DNA from: Planctomycetota bacterium
Lineage (GTDB): Bacteria; Planctomycetota; UBA1135; GCA-002686595
Assembly (NCBI GenBank): GCA_047639675.1
Contig: JBLIOI010000007.1
Location: forward strand, 3,987-67,986
Length of the DNA: 64,000 bases
Direction of reading: 5' to 3'
The position numbers and the translations under genes were made by a program. Below, one piece after another: positions 63,645-64,000 of the stretch (position 1 is its first letter; each line of letters opens with the position of its first letter). Below the pieces are notes generated by a model. That model made no database searches. It had not been told where the DNA came from and was given only the letters and a program-made list of their open reading frames with translations.

Positions 63645-64000
63645 ATGAAGCCAAGCTCCCATCTCATTCCCATTATCGTGCTCGTGAGCCACATCTCCAT
63701 GAGTTGTGTCTCCGCTCCGACGGCCCAGGAAATCCTAGATACTGGCTTCAGGACCCCTGAAATGACCTTTCGGACGCTCCAGGTCGGTGTTGCCTCGGAA
63801 TTACCTCGACTCGAATACAGCTGCTTGTCGAGTCGTTTACGCGCCGAGGGCTTGGACGGCCGGACTTCACTCTCACAGTTCGCCTACCGCGAGCTACGCG
63901 ACCAGGTGCTTTCGAAGCGCATGGAGTTTTGGCTAGGCATCCCCGACGCAGAAATTATCGAAACCGTGCCTCTCGACGAAGGACGGGTCTTGTTGCGAGC
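63645..64000 (+). CDS. Partial CDS (5' end), putative secreted/lipoprotein, runs off the window
   Basis: The ATG at 63645 opens a frame with no stop to 64000: MKPSSHLIPIIVLVSHISMSCVSAPTAQEILDTGF... This is a signal-peptide-like start. It is not in the supplied ORF track, probably because it lacks a stop. Confidence 0.4.
   Translation, partial: MKPSSHLIPIIVLVSHISMSCVSAPTAQEILDTGFRTPEMTFRTLQVGVASELPRLEYSCLSSRLRAEGLDGRTSLSQFAYRELRDQVLSKRMEFWLGIPDAEIIETVPLDEGRVLLR

Overview
GC-rich, gene-dense bacterial chromosomal segment, mostly transcribed on the minus strand. I found no transposase, integrase, CRISPR array or rRNA. Core housekeeping genes are clear: gatCAB, guaB-guaA, rho, selB, tRNA-Pro(CGG), rpoD, dnaG and rsmA. 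They sit among envelope and secretion functions: two tandem giant CarboxypepD_reg-repeat proteins, a pilB/pilT/pilB/pilC-type ATPase-platform module behind a DUF1573 protein, an OmpA-family protein and a HEAT+VWA protein. Redox and sugar-modification genes are also present: a di-haem cytochrome c peroxidase and an oxidoreductase-epimerase fusion with GT4 and NUDIX genes. Many adjacent genes overlap by 4 nt (ATGA/GTGA/TTGA) and several appear to use GTG or TTG starts. The lineage cannot be fixed from sequence alone; DUF1573, FGE/sulfatase remnants and a DCNNNGIND-type C-terminus hint weakly at a PVC/Planctomycetota-like organism. The most interesting signal is an unannotated selenoprotein. Two same-frame ORFs (22080..22370 and 22389..23132) are split only by a TGA that falls on the first Cys of a thioredoxin-fold W-C-G-P-C motif (FYGFW-U-GPCRKG). 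A hairpin lies just downstream, selB is about 9 kb away, and a di-haem peroxidase gene follows directly. Other notable points: a secreted beta-helix gene cut by one in-frame TAA after its signal peptide; a multiply frameshifted lipoprotein/sulfatase remnant beside tRNA-Pro; a 135-nt near-perfect palindrome between convergent genes; a Rho with an Arg/Ser/Glu-rich N-terminal extension of roughly 200 aa; and a histidine kinase translationally coupled to two CNNM/CorC-type genes with no response regulator in view. All functional calls rest on motifs read by eye; no database search was run.
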